Of a DNA stretch of 41,419 nucleotides, positions 29,998 to 38,498 are shown one piece after another. The stretch is from a virus (taxonomy: Duplodnaviria > Caudoviricetes), in the IMG/VR virus record IMGVR_UViG_3300040985_002201, positions 1 through 41,419 of that record; one strand, 5' to 3'. Numbering within the stretch: position 1 is the first letter of the stretch; every line of letters starts with the position of its first letter. The position numbers and the translations under genes are program-made. The notes below the pieces were generated by a model that was given only the letters and a program-made list of their open reading frames with translations, searched no databases and had not been told where the DNA came from.

Positions 29998-32307
29998 ATG
30001 AATATTCGAGATGTCCTTTTTTCTGTTGGCTACGCTTGCGTTGACAAAATCACCGGCACCCAGCCGATTTCAAACCTTCCCTGCCCGGTTGTGCCCCATA
30101 AAAAACAAGGGACTAACTGGGGTTCTGCCATGTGCTACCCTCCCGGGGCATCTAGTGCGGGGGATCCAGGCGGTTTTACCTGCCGCAATTGCAACCAGAC
30201 CTGGACGGCAAAGCAACTAGCAAAAGAGCTCAGTGTCACTGACGAGATTCTTGCTGGTCGCGAGCGCTACATCCCACCAAGAAAAACGAGCCGCCCAAAG
30301 AGAGAAGTGAAGGTCGAACCCATCGACATCAACGATACGTGGGTGAAGGCACTGGCAAAGGGGACGCAGAGTCAGCATCTCTTTGCATACTTCAGGCGCC
30401 GCTGGGCCAATGATGACATCGCTGATGAGGCTGCTCAATTCTCCGGTTGGACCGCTGGGTTCAAACAAGACTACTGGACTGCCTACTCAGACCACAAACT
30501 GCTCATCCCTCTTCGGGACCGTGACGGAGTTGTTGTCAGTGGTGTACGTCGCTTTACTGGCTATGGAAGTACGAAAGTAAAAAGCCTTCGTATCAAAAAT
30601 GACATGGTGGGCCTTGAAACCGGAACTACTGTTTGGTTCGGAGACCCTCCACCCGCAGCCATGAAATACGCCGCCGGCAAAACACTCTACGTTGCCGAGG
30701 GCGAAATCGACACCCTGCTACTCATGTCCCTTCGCGAGATGAACCTGATTGAGGGAGGCATCCTTGGCTCATGCGGTGGGTCAGCAGCCTCACCGAAATG
30801 GTGGGACGCTACCGCCAAACTGGTAGACTCACCTCCCAACTCAGTTGTTGTCATCATGGATGCCGATGCCGCTGGAGATAAGTACTGGCAAAAGTCAGCA
30901 AACGCTTTCCCAAATGCGCGTCGGGTGATCCTTCCAGACCACTGTGACCTAACAGATGTCATCAAAAAGCACGGCAAGGAAGAGGTTCTCTCACTACTCG
31001 CAGCAGCACGCAATAGCCACTTCAAGTTCTATCGACTCGATAATGGCCACTTTGCATACCTTCGCGGTGGCATCTGGTTCATTGGCAGTAGCAGGGACTC
31101 GCTTGTGGCAAGACTGCGGGAATCAGGCTACGACCATGAAGAGGCAAAGGCGATGACATCCGCACTCCCTGCAGCCAGGGACGTTGTCTTTGACCCCAGT
31201 TCAACAGAACCAGTCACACTCAGAGACTCAAATTTATGGCTGAACCAGTTCCGAGGGCTGTCGCTAAAACCCGAACCCGGCAACTGTGAAATCTATAAAT
31301 GGTTGCTCCACTGGCTATGCAACGAAGATGAGAAAGCCTATGAGTATGCCATGGACTGGGTGGCAAGTCCACTCCAGCACCTGTACAAGGGCAAAGGAGC
31401 TCACCGAAACAAGACTGCCGCCGTATTTTACGGGGAGCAAGGCACGGGTAAGGGTCTGTTCTGGGGTCCCGATGGCATGATGCGGGCTATCTATGGCCGG
31501 ATGATGACAGAAATCCTGCAAGGCCAAATGGAAGATAAGTTCGACCCAAAAATATTCAGTAGCATCCTGATGCTAGTTGCAAACGAAGTTGCTTGTTCTG
31601 GATACAGAGATTCCAAGAGCTTGAATAGGCTGAAGGCATGGATTACTGAGCCTACTATCCAGATACGACGCATGCGTACAGCGGCTGAAGAGGTCCCCGT
31701 CTGGTTCAACATGGTGTTGATGAGTAATGACGACATGCCCATCAAGCTTGAGCAGGGTGACAGACGCTACTCCATTTTTCGCCAAGATAAGAAACTGCCG
31801 GAAGGGGTCATTCGTAAGCTCGTTGCCGAGAGAAACAAGGGTTGGCCTGGTGCTCGCCACTTCCTCCATGACTTGCTAGAGCGAAAGATTGAGCGTGACC
31901 TAGCCACTCCGTTTGAGAACAATAGCCGTGACAACCTCTTAGAAGCCTCCAAACCGTCGCAATTGAGTTTTGCAGAGTACCTATCGGAAGTGGGTATAAC
32001 AGCCATCCTAGCGGACTGGGAAGAAGCCGTAGGTGAGAAGCGTCAGGGTCCATTCACCAAGGTCAATGACGATGGCACTGGTTTCATATCAAAGGCTCAC
32101 CTTCACGAGGCCTATCAATTCTTCTGCCGCCAACACGGTATTCGGCATCCGGTCAGGGTCTACTCGCTCATCAACGCTATATGTAAAGAGATACCTAAGG
32201 CAAAAGAAATCCACGGCACACTGGGCAACAGAAGGGTGCGCGGGATTACAGGGCTGCCCATGGGTGAAGGTAAGACTGAAGCTGCAACCGTCGTGTCAAT
32301 CGTTTGA
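29998..32307 (+). CDS. Primase-helicase (Zn-binding domain, TOPRIM, SF3/D5-like NTPase)
   Basis: CPVVPH...CRNC; YVAEGEIDTL and MDADAAGD (TOPRIM); GEQGTGKG Walker A, LVANE Walker B, SN and DRRY motifs. Confidence 0.9.
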   Translation: MNIRDVLFSVGYACVDKITGTQPISNLPCPVVPHKKQGTNWGSAMCYPPGASSAGDPGGFTCRNCNQTWTAKQLAKELSVTDEILAGRERYIPPRKTSRPKREVKVEPIDINDTWVKALAKGTQSQHLFAYFRRRWANDDIADEAAQFSGWTAGFKQDYWTAYSDHKLLIPLRDRDGVVVSGVRRFTGYGSTKVKSLRIKNDMVGLETGTTVWFGDPPPAAMKYAAGKTLYVAEGEIDTLLLMSLREMNLIEGGILGSCGGSAASPKWWDATAKLVDSPPNSVVVIMDADAAGDKYWQKSANAFPNARRVILPDHCDLTDVIKKHGKEEVLSLLAAARNSHFKFYRLDNGHFAYLRGGIWFIGSSRDSLVARLRESGYDHEEAKAMTSALPAARDVVFDPSSTEPVTLRDSNLWLNQFRGLSLKPEPGNCEIYKWLLHWLCNEDEKAYEYAMDWVASPLQHLYKGKGAHRNKTAAVFYGEQGTGKGLFWGPDGMMRAIYGRMMTEILQGQMEDKFDPKIFSSILMLVANEVACSGYRDSKSLNRLKAWITEPTIQIRRMRTAAEEVPVWFNMVLMSNDDMPIKLEQGDRRYSIFRQDKKLPEGVIRKLVAERNKGWPGARHFLHDLLERKIERDLATPFENNSRDNLLEASKPSQLSFAEYLSEVGITAILADWEEAVGEKRQGPFTKVNDDGTGFISKAHLHEAYQFFCRQHGIRHPVRVYSLINAICKEIPKAKEIHGTLGNRRVRGITGLPMGEGKTEAATVVSIV

Positions 32308-32710
32308 GTTCCCTCATCGTCTTCAGCACTCGTTTGGCGTAGTTCTTACTGCGCCGATAGCATTTGTTGCCTGAGTTGTAGTGGCAAATCCAAAGCTTAT
32401 CGCGCTTACCAAAACGCCCTCTCCAGTAAACAATCGCCTTCATCCCGGCCCGAATATTTGTTTTGATGTTCATGAGCTCTTTGCATGAGTGCTCTGAAAA
32501 ACGGTGGTTGATTTGCATGATGCCACAGTCATTCGTCTTACTCTTTGCGGTGGCCGAGAACCCTGACTCCCTCCAGGCTATCGCTGCTGCCAGGTACGGA
32601 TCCACTCCTGCCTTCTCTGCTTCATTCCAGATAATGGGAGCTGCTTCCATGGCTCGCCATGCCTTCGCCGGCCCGCCAAAAATCATCATTGCTGCAAGTA
32701 AAAAGCTCAT
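32246..32710 (-). CDS. Lytic transglycosylase (SLT domain)
   Basis: GVDPYLAAAIAWRES, GIMQIN, NIRAG, HYNSG; hydrophobic N-terminus. Confidence 0.9.
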   Translation of the reverse strand: MSFLLAAMMIFGGPAKAWRAMEAAPIIWNEAEKAGVDPYLAAAIAWRESGFSATAKSKTNDCGIMQINHRFSEHSCKELMNIKTNIRAGMKAIVYWRGRFGKRDKLWICHYNSGNKCYRRSKNYAKRVLKTMRELKRLTRRLQLQSYLHPWAAL

Positions 32711-33132
32711 ACCTCACGACTCCCATACCACTCACCGATAAAGTCCAGCATGTCAGCCATTGAAAGAGTGAAGAGTGGAGCCTGACCGTTTGCACGGGTA
32801 ATCGCGCAGGGGATTTTCCCCTTCGGACAGGCTTCAACCGCTTGTTCATATGCTTTGCGGATATTGGGTTGCTTCGTGCGTTTACACTCAGGGGCGAAGA
32901 CGGGCATGATGATGTCTGGAACCTTATCCTCCGCTCCACCCCTTGTCTGGATACCCCTCTTGATTGTGGTATCAGGCATAACTTCCCTGAATTGCTTGGC
33001 ACACTCCCGCTCGAAATCGTGACCCTTTTTTCTGTTGTACGCACCTGATACCATGAGCTCTCCTTCCATTTGTTTCAGACTCTTCTCAATACCATCTTCG
33101 CAATACCTACGAATAGCCCTTAGTGTTAGCAT
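32707..33132 (-). CDS. Holliday junction resolvase-like PD-(D/E)XK nuclease
   Basis: RKKGHDFERE...PDII...ECKR...YEQA. Alternative start ATG 33054 has an AAGGAG RBS. Confidence 0.8.
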   Translation of the reverse strand: MLTLRAIRRYCEDGIEKSLKQMEGELMVSGAYNRKKGHDFERECAKQFREVMPDTTIKRGIQTRGGAEDKVPDIIMPVFAPECKRTKQPNIRKAYEQAVEACPKGKIPCAITRANGQAPLFTLSMADMLDFIGEWYGSREV

Positions 33133-33329
33133 TAGTTACTCGGCGGCGATTCAGGCACCTCTGCCGGCAACTCCTTTAGTTTCAAACCTTTCCTGGGCCA
33201 GTGACCCTTTGTCTTGAAATACGAACGCTCGGCCACTGACGACCGCTGGCACCGTTTGATGTGCCTATGCGTCCCGTTGTGTGAGCATGCGATGTCTAAA
33301 ATAATGCCGCAGGTTGGGCATGGTTTCAT
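33132..33329 (-). CDS. Small Zn-finger-like protein
   Basis: MKPCPTCG...HRHIKRC; GGGGGAG RBS before ATG 33329. Confidence 0.6.
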   Translation of the reverse strand: MKPCPTCGIILDIACSHNGTHRHIKRCQRSSVAERSYFKTKGHWPRKGLKLKELPAEVPESPPSN

Positions 33330-33333
33330 TGTT

Positions 33334-33735
33334 TCATTCTCCCCCGAGTCCCTGTATCCCATCGTGGTCCTTGGCTTCTTGTTTGTTCCGTTCCTTTCCG
33401 ATATCCCCGATGCAGTTGTGGTACATCCATGCGTCGTGGGCTACACGGCGGTTGCTCTTGGTGGCGTGAGATGCATTGCTTATGCATCTGTGCCATGATT
33501 GGTCTGGTTGGTCTGATAGGATTGTGATATTAAGACCGTCGTTACACTCAAGAGGGTCTTCGATCATCCCATCACCATGCATACACTGGAAGGACACCTC
33601 GTTGTCTATGATGCAGATTCCGATGACAGGCTCTTCCCACCTCTCACCACCCTCCGGGTTTTCATAGACAGCGAAGTATCCGCTGACGGGTGTAAATTGG
33701 GTAATGGTTCTTATAGGCATTTCCTTAAATTTCAT
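33334..33735 (-). CDS. Hypothetical protein
   Basis: 133 aa ORF with TAGGAG RBS. Confidence 0.7.
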   Translation of the reverse strand: MKFKEMPIRTITQFTPVSGYFAVYENPEGGERWEEPVIGICIIDNEVSFQCMHGDGMIEDPLECNDGLNITILSDQPDQSWHRCISNASHATKSNRRVAHDAWMYHNCIGDIGKERNKQEAKDHDGIQGLGGE

Positions 33736-33764
33736 GTTATTTATCTCCTAGTTGTTTTAATTGT

Positions 33765-34751
33765 TTATCTCTCATTCATTCTCCGACTAAGTTCAACAAA
33801 CGCGACCGCAGCCTGGAGCGGTACGACTCCATTTCCACAGGCCCGGAGCCTGTCCATCCTATGGGCCAGCCCTGAAGCATCTCTACAAAGCGCGGGTTCA
33901 AGCGTCGGGTCGAGCTCGAGGATGTCTCCCCAGATTGGGTCGCCTGGTCCGGGCGCGAAGATGGGGAGTTCCATCTCGGCGCCGCTCTGCCCAACAGGCA
34001 GTTTGTAGGCACATTGTCTGGTGGGCTGCCGTCCTTGTAATCCCGACTCGTGGGCGTCGGCCAACTCCCTGCTTCTCCGGCTAGTGTCTTGCCGTGAGTC
34101 TTGCCGTGGCTCGGAGCATTTCGAGTCGTCCTGTTCTCGTTCGCACTCGCCCTGGGCGTGGGCCACTGAGCAGCCTGACCCCCGAGTAGCAACTCGCCCT
34201 TCCTCTTCCCTCCCCGCGAGGCTTGCCCCCCCTGCATACCGCTGGGAGTGGGCCAAGAGGAAGAATCGGTCCCTTCGGTGGGAGGCACCCACGTCGGACG
34301 CTCGGAGACACAGCCATTCCGCATCATACCCGATTTCGGCCAACGACCCGAGAACTGCTTCGATTCCTCTGCTTGAAATAATTCCGGGTACGTTTTCGAT
34401 AAAAATAAGCCTTGGGCGTACCATGCGAATGACCATTGTGATGTCGTCCCAAATCCATCGCTCGTCGGCTTTGCCCTTACGCTTGCCGGCGACTGACCAT
34501 GGCTGGCATGGGAATCCGGCGACGATGCAATCGACTTGACCAACGAACGCAGAGCAGTCGAGCTCAGCGAGGTCACCGCACCAAACAGGGGCTGGTGCCA
34601 AGCTCTTGTCTTCCATCCGCGCCAAGAGGACGGACGCTGCGAAGGCTTCCCGCTCAACATAACCCAGAACTCTGGCTCCGGGGCGGGCGATTTCGACTCC
34701 AAGGTCGAGCATGCCCACCCCTGAGCAGAGAGAGAGGATGGTAAAAGCCAC
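33765..34751 (-). CDS. C5 DNA cytosine methyltransferase, alpha-type chain (motifs I-VIII and X)
   Basis: LSLCSGVG (I), GFPCQPWS (IV), IENV (VI), HRRDRFF (VIII), RLRACGNGV (X). GTG 34751 sits next to the upstream stop. Confidence 0.9.
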   Translation of the reverse strand: MAFTILSLCSGVGMLDLGVEIARPGARVLGYVEREAFAASVLLARMEDKSLAPAPVWCGDLAELDCSAFVGQVDCIVAGFPCQPWSVAGKRKGKADERWIWDDITMVIRMVRPRLIFIENVPGIISSRGIEAVLGSLAEIGYDAEWLCLRASDVGASHRRDRFFLLAHSQRYAGGASLAGREEEGRVATRGSGCSVAHAQGECEREQDDSKCSEPRQDSRQDTSRRSRELADAHESGLQGRQPTRQCAYKLPVGQSGAEMELPIFAPGPGDPIWGDILELDPTLEPALCRDASGLAHRMDRLRACGNGVVPLQAAVAFVELSRRMNER

Positions 34752-34753
34752 AC
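33776..34753 (-). CDS. Alternative-frame methyltransferase partner chain (beta-type; WPTP repeats and motif IX-like segment)
   Basis: Open for 325 codons over the MTase; contains WPKSGMMRNG, three WPTP and RRLNPRFVEMLQGWPIGW, which resembles motif IX. Confidence 0.7.
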   Translation of the reverse strand: MWLLPSSLSAQGWACSTLESKSPAPEPEFWVMLSGKPSQRPSSWRGWKTRAWHQPLFGAVTSLSSTALRSLVKSIASSPDSHASHGQSPASVRAKPTSDGFGTTSQWSFAWYAQGLFLSKTYPELFQAEESKQFSGRWPKSGMMRNGCVSERPTWVPPTEGTDSSSWPTPSGMQGGQASRGGKRKGELLLGGQAAQWPTPRASANENRTTRNAPSHGKTHGKTLAGEAGSWPTPTSRDYKDGSPPDNVPTNCLLGRAAPRWNSPSSRPDQATQSGETSSSSTRRLNPRFVEMLQGWPIGWTGSGPVEMESYRSRLRSRLLNLVGE

Positions 34754-35223
34754 TAAAAGGGTATCCCATCATCTTCAAAAGGCTTGGGGCCTCCAACCAA
34801 CGGCGCAGCTTCCAGGCGATGCTCAATATAGACATCCCCATAACCGTTCTTGGTCTTCTGTGAGACACGCAACTTTATATCCAGCAGTTGGCCGAGAAAT
34901 CGCTGACGATTATCAGCATCAGAGAACAACGCAATGGACTCCGGTGGCTTCACACCACAGCTCGCAATATCCTTTTTGAAAAAGCCCATATTGGTCTGGG
35001 TTTTGAGCATGCTTTGCTTCATAATCGTCCGCCCAGTATGTGGACCTTCGGCAATCTTCAGTACCCAGAACAGATACGGGTTGCCGTTCTCAGAAACGCG
35101 GAAGTCAACAGTGTGGATAGCTACCGTGTAACTACCATCCGGCACCTTGTCATGCTTTATGCCTGTCGGTGACGGTGCTGCCTCATAAATTTCATTCATC
35201 TGGTTCCAGTTGATTTCACTCAT
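34753..35223 (-). CDS. Single-stranded DNA-binding protein (DUF669-like)
   Basis: VPDGSYTVAI...SENGNPYL...EGPHTGR OB-fold pattern and acidic DDGIPF tail; GAGGG RBS before ATG 35223. Confidence 0.8.
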   Translation of the reverse strand: MSEINWNQMNEIYEAAPSPTGIKHDKVPDGSYTVAIHTVDFRVSENGNPYLFWVLKIAEGPHTGRTIMKQSMLKTQTNMGFFKKDIASCGVKPPESIALFSDADNRQRFLGQLLDIKLRVSQKTKNGYGDVYIEHRLEAAPLVGGPKPFEDDGIPF

Positions 35224-35929
35224 TGTTTCCCTCAAGTGCAGATTCAAATGCTGCGTAATTTAGTTGTAATTTTCCTGGCAAACGACCTGTACGGTCCTTC
35301 GCCGTGTAACGGTCACTCTTGTCAGTAAGAATGATGCGTTCATTGTTATGGACAGTGAGAAATAAAATAATATCGCTCATCCCAGTGACGATTTCACTCG
35401 CCTTACCCGTCAGGGTCGAGCGCCATTGACTGACCTTGCCAACACGGGTATCGACCTCAACTTCCTTTGCATGCGTTACAAAGACCAGCCCCATGGGTAG
35501 ACCTTTGTTTGTCCGTAGCAATGGAAGCAATGACAACACTCGACGGAAGTCACTGTTGATAATGCCAAAACCCCTACCATACTTACCGTTCTCGCTGGCA
35601 TGCTGAACACCTTCACCATCGTTTGCTAGTGAGTTGTGGTGGTTCACACAATGCAGGTATAAGATGTCAATTGTATCAATAACCAAGGTCTCGATGTGCT
35701 TGGGACTCTTTGCAAGCTCCTGACAAAGCGCCACAAACTTACCCCAAGAAGTGACTGAAGTCTGGTAGACCTCAAGAAAATTCAAACCGGGTTCAGTGGC
35801 CGCGAACAGCGCGTTCGGGAACTGACTGGCAAAGGTAGACTTACCAATACCTGGTTCGCCAATGATTGTAATGACTTGGGCAGATGCCGCGTCAATCACT
35901 GGACTTTTATTCTCTGGAATCATACTCAC
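35216..35929 (-). CDS. AAA-family ATPase, Sak4-like recombinase
   Basis: GEPGIGKST Walker A, LVIDTID Walker B, AKDR C-terminal motif; located between exonuclease and SSB. Confidence 0.85.
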   Translation of the reverse strand: MSMIPENKSPVIDAASAQVITIIGEPGIGKSTFASQFPNALFAATEPGLNFLEVYQTSVTSWGKFVALCQELAKSPKHIETLVIDTIDILYLHCVNHHNSLANDGEGVQHASENGKYGRGFGIINSDFRRVLSLLPLLRTNKGLPMGLVFVTHAKEVEVDTRVGKVSQWRSTLTGKASEIVTGMSDIILFLTVHNNERIILTDKSDRYTAKDRTGRLPGKLQLNYAAFESALEGNNE

Positions 35930-36912
35930 TACACTTTCTCCTCTGTTTTGGTTGAAATATCCTCAAACACTCGCTTACGCTTCTTAAATAGCGTCTGCAA
36001 AATGACTTCATCGCTGCCGGCGGAGCAGTATGGGCTAAACTCACACATGCGGTTAAAACTGCTGCAACTACCCAAGCTTCGCGGCCACTTGCTCCTTGCC
36101 TCAGTGGCTACGTACTCATCCATAATCTCATCCAGGTCCTTATCCAGCTCCGCGATTTGAGCCGGGGTATGGACAATCACCTCACACCTAAATGAATCGA
36201 ACGACTTCTCTCTGTACATACGCATCAGACGGTCATGGTATGAACCGGCAATCTCATCGTACTCCCGCTGACCGGCATAGAGCTCGACAACGCCATCTTT
36301 GGTCGCTTTCTTATAGCGCCGCTTATGCTCTGGAGTTGCCAGTTGCCTCTTGAGCGTGGGCTTTCTTATAACGTCGTAGATGATGCCAGCGATAGGAATG
36401 CCTAAGCGGGTCAACGCCCAGTTATAGAGCAACCCTTGGCGCGTAGACCACAGACGGCTGCAGAAGCGGTCTAAGGTATCGCTGGTGGTCTTATTCTCCA
36501 GAATGAAGATACGACCACTTCTATCGCGGGCCAACGCATCAACAATGCCGCCAAAGAAATAATCTGTGTGCATGTTGGATGTGTGCTTGGTCAAAAACTC
36601 TTTCTCGACCTCAATGATTTCATACTCTTCATAGAACTCACGAGTAAAGGTCCGCCAGGACTCAACCATCGCAGCTACCTTGATTTGGTTGTCTGCATCC
36701 AGACCAACCTTGGAAGCGTCAACAGCTACCTTCAGGCTCTCACCATCGCGTAACTTCTCAATACCTGTATGGAACGCTGAGCCAATGGCAAAGTACTCAG
36801 GCTTCTCTATCTGCTCCAAGCTCCTGTTGTTTCGTAAGTCATACTTCCGCTTACAACTTTGGAACGTTCCAATCCCTCCGTTTGAAATAACTACCTGTCG
36901 TCTGTCAGCCAA
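35929..36912 (-). CDS. Cas4/AddB-like PD-(D/E)XK exonuclease
   Basis: QSCKRKY, GSAFH, GIVDAL...ENKTT and a C-terminal Cys cluster (C..C..C). TTG 36912 with GGAGG is the preferred start. Confidence 0.85.
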   Translation of the reverse strand: MADRRQVVISNGGIGTFQSCKRKYDLRNNRSLEQIEKPEYFAIGSAFHTGIEKLRDGESLKVAVDASKVGLDADNQIKVAAMVESWRTFTREFYEEYEIIEVEKEFLTKHTSNMHTDYFFGGIVDALARDRSGRIFILENKTTSDTLDRFCSRLWSTRQGLLYNWALTRLGIPIAGIIYDVIRKPTLKRQLATPEHKRRYKKATKDGVVELYAGQREYDEIAGSYHDRLMRMYREKSFDSFRCEVIVHTPAQIAELDKDLDEIMDEYVATEARSKWPRSLGSCSSFNRMCEFSPYCSAGSDEVILQTLFKKRKRVFEDISTKTEEKV

Positions 36913-37123
36913 AAAGCACCTCCACTTCTTCACCAAAGATTTTTGATAACCACAATGCCAAATCGACACGTGGCTTGCGCTCACCGCGCTCGTACTGGAC
37001 TAAAGTTGAATGTGACAGTTGGAACCCAGCAGCTTGAGCCATCGCGCACAAGTTCTCCCGGGTGAATCCTCTGTCACTTCTCAAGATTGCTAACTTAGTC
37101 GTCTGTTCCAATGGTCTGCTCAT
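36905..37123 (-). CDS. XRE-family HTH regulator
   Basis: LAILRSDRGFTRENL...STLVQYERGERKPRVDLALWLSKIFG. Confidence 0.85.
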   Translation of the reverse strand: MSRPLEQTTKLAILRSDRGFTRENLCAMAQAAGFQLSHSTLVQYERGERKPRVDLALWLSKIFGEEVEVLFG

Positions 37124-37367
37124 TTCCAATTAGTCTCCGAACCTCTCCGATAAACGAAGGGTCTTCATTGATTTTGTAAAAGATAAACTGCCACGAGTTA
37201 TCAGGTACACGCTTGCCAGCCTCCCAAAGATGTACTGTGTTCCGGTGAACACCCAGCATCTCAGCAAACAAGCCCTGCGGTAGTGAGTTGATGTGAATAT
37301 CGTAGTAGTCAGCAACCTTGCGTCGTACCTTTCTCACTGTCGTTGGCATCCATATTTTCTTCTTCAT
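37095..37367 (-). CDS. XRE-family HTH regulator
   Basis: PQGLFAEMLGVHRNTVHLWEAGKRVP; start reassigned to ATG 37367, downstream of a promoter-like sequence. Confidence 0.8.
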   Translation of the reverse strand: MKKKIWMPTTVRKVRRKVADYYDIHINSLPQGLFAEMLGVHRNTVHLWEAGKRVPDNSWQFIFYKINEDPSFIGEVRRLIGNEQTIGTDD

Positions 37368-37371
37368 CGGC

Positions 37372-37402
37372 AGTATCCTTTCACACTCAGTGTGTCTGTC
37401 AA
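37372..37402 (-). promoter_or_regulatory. Promoter with internal palindromic operator candidate
   Basis: TTGACA -35 at 37402-37397; the spacer contains CACAC-TGA-GTGTG; -10 is ambiguous (AAGGAT at 16 bp or GATACT at 19 bp). Confidence 0.5.
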
Positions 37403-37429
37403 CAATAAATTCTTGCGGGTCTACTAGGC

Positions 37430-37597
37430 TCATAAGTTGCAGAGCTCGCTGTGGTATTCGCGCTTACCTGATTCCCATTTGGATGAGCAGAATTGACAAG
37501 TCTCAGCCTTGAGCTCCAGCTTCTCAGCCTTATCCCATTGGCCTTTGACCTTGGCTCTTAGAATTGCCGCTTCTAACGGACTGGTATTTCTGTTCAT
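37430..37597 (-). CDS. 55-aa protein with CxxC...H...C (not in the ORF track)
   Basis: MNRNTSPLEAAILRAK...CQFC...HSELCNL; AGAGGA RBS; stop lies at the edge of the repeat. Confidence 0.7.
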   Translation of the reverse strand: MNRNTSPLEAAILRAKVKGQWDKAEKLELKAETCQFCSSKWESGKREYHSELCNL

Positions 37598-37700
37598 GGT
37601 TTCCTCTGTTTTCGTGCGGGCTTACTAGGCTCACAGTAAATTCACAATAACATACTGACACACACAACACCTACAAAAAAACACGGTGTGTGCGGGACTA

Positions 37701-37868
37701 CTAGGCTCGTTTGTATTCGACTATCACCTTGCCGGCGGTAACCGTATCTTTTAGCAGCACTGCGAGCTCATAGGCTGACCTATCAGCTGCGCCTTTACAG
37801 TCATCTGCATTCCTGGGTTTATAAATACGTGGCGGGTTAAAATTTAAATCGTGGATTATTATTTCCAT
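37701..37868 (-). CDS. 55-aa hypothetical protein
   Basis: MEIIIHDLNFNPP...; AGAGGA RBS; TAG stop supplied by the repeat. Confidence 0.7.
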   Translation of the reverse strand: MEIIIHDLNFNPPRIYKPRNADDCKGAADRSAYELAVLLKDTVTAGKVIVEYKRA

Positions 37869-37906
37869 TTTCAATTCCTCTGTTTTTCTGTGCGGGACTA
37901 CTAGGC

Positions 37907-38308
37907 TCACTTATTATTTATTTCAGCTGTTGGAATGGTTTTTACAACGCCAAAGAGCTTGTAGGTTATGGTTTTTGTTCTCATTAAATAAACCGGGACA
38001 AGGAACAAAATCGGGACTAAACAACCTAAAGCAATTCCAATTAGAGAGGAATTCGGGTCCACGCATGCCGCAATACCATCCGTAATTGTGTTGATAGCCA
38101 TGCTTAAGCCACATGCAATGTAATGTGGTGAAATATTAAGCATTGCTAGTTTATCACCTAGAAATCCTTCAGGGTCTAAACCTTCCAGCATAAGCCATAG
38201 CATGGGCGCATTGTCAAAGAGCCCAAAGTCAAAATTGAGAATGTGGCGACACATTAAGTGTGCGATATAAGTTAAAATTGCGAGCGTTATACGTTGTTTA
38301 TTATTCAT
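37907..38308 (-). CDS. Membrane protein, TMEM65-like
   Basis: FGLFDNAPM ... INTITDGIA ... GIALGCLV motifs in hydrophobic helices. Confidence 0.6.
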   Translation of the reverse strand: MNNKQRITLAILTYIAHLMCRHILNFDFGLFDNAPMLWLMLEGLDPEGFLGDKLAMLNISPHYIACGLSMAINTITDGIAACVDPNSSLIGIALGCLVPILFLVPVYLMRTKTITYKLFGVVKTIPTAEINNK

Positions 38309-38344
38309 TTTGTTTTCCTCTGTTTTTCTGTGCGGGACTACTAA

Positions 38345-38497
38345 TCAATCGGATGTTAAATTGTGGTGATAGTCTTCAAATGCTTCTTTTTTCAACTCTT
38401 CACAATTGCAAATTGCCTCATCATTTTCATGAACGTTGCACCTTGGATTGTGTTCTGTGTCGTCTGGTTCAAAATAGCTAGTGAATGGTGAGCTCAT
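38345..38497 (-). CDS. 50-aa acidic Cys/His protein (not in the ORF track)
   Basis: MSSPFTSYFEPDDTEHNPRCNVHENDEAICNCEELKKEAFEDYHHNLTSD; GGAGG RBS. Confidence 0.7.
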   Translation of the reverse strand: MSSPFTSYFEPDDTEHNPRCNVHENDEAICNCEELKKEAFEDYHHNLTSD

Positions 38498-38498
38498 C

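Noticed and set aside
34754-34868. N-terminal extension of the MTase given in the ORF track
   Set aside because: It overlaps the SSB gene; motif I begins right after GTG 34751.
35929-36912. Cas4 as evidence of a CRISPR-Cas system
   Set aside because: It sits in an ordinary phage exonuclease-Sak4-SSB recombination module, with no cas1, cas2 or array.
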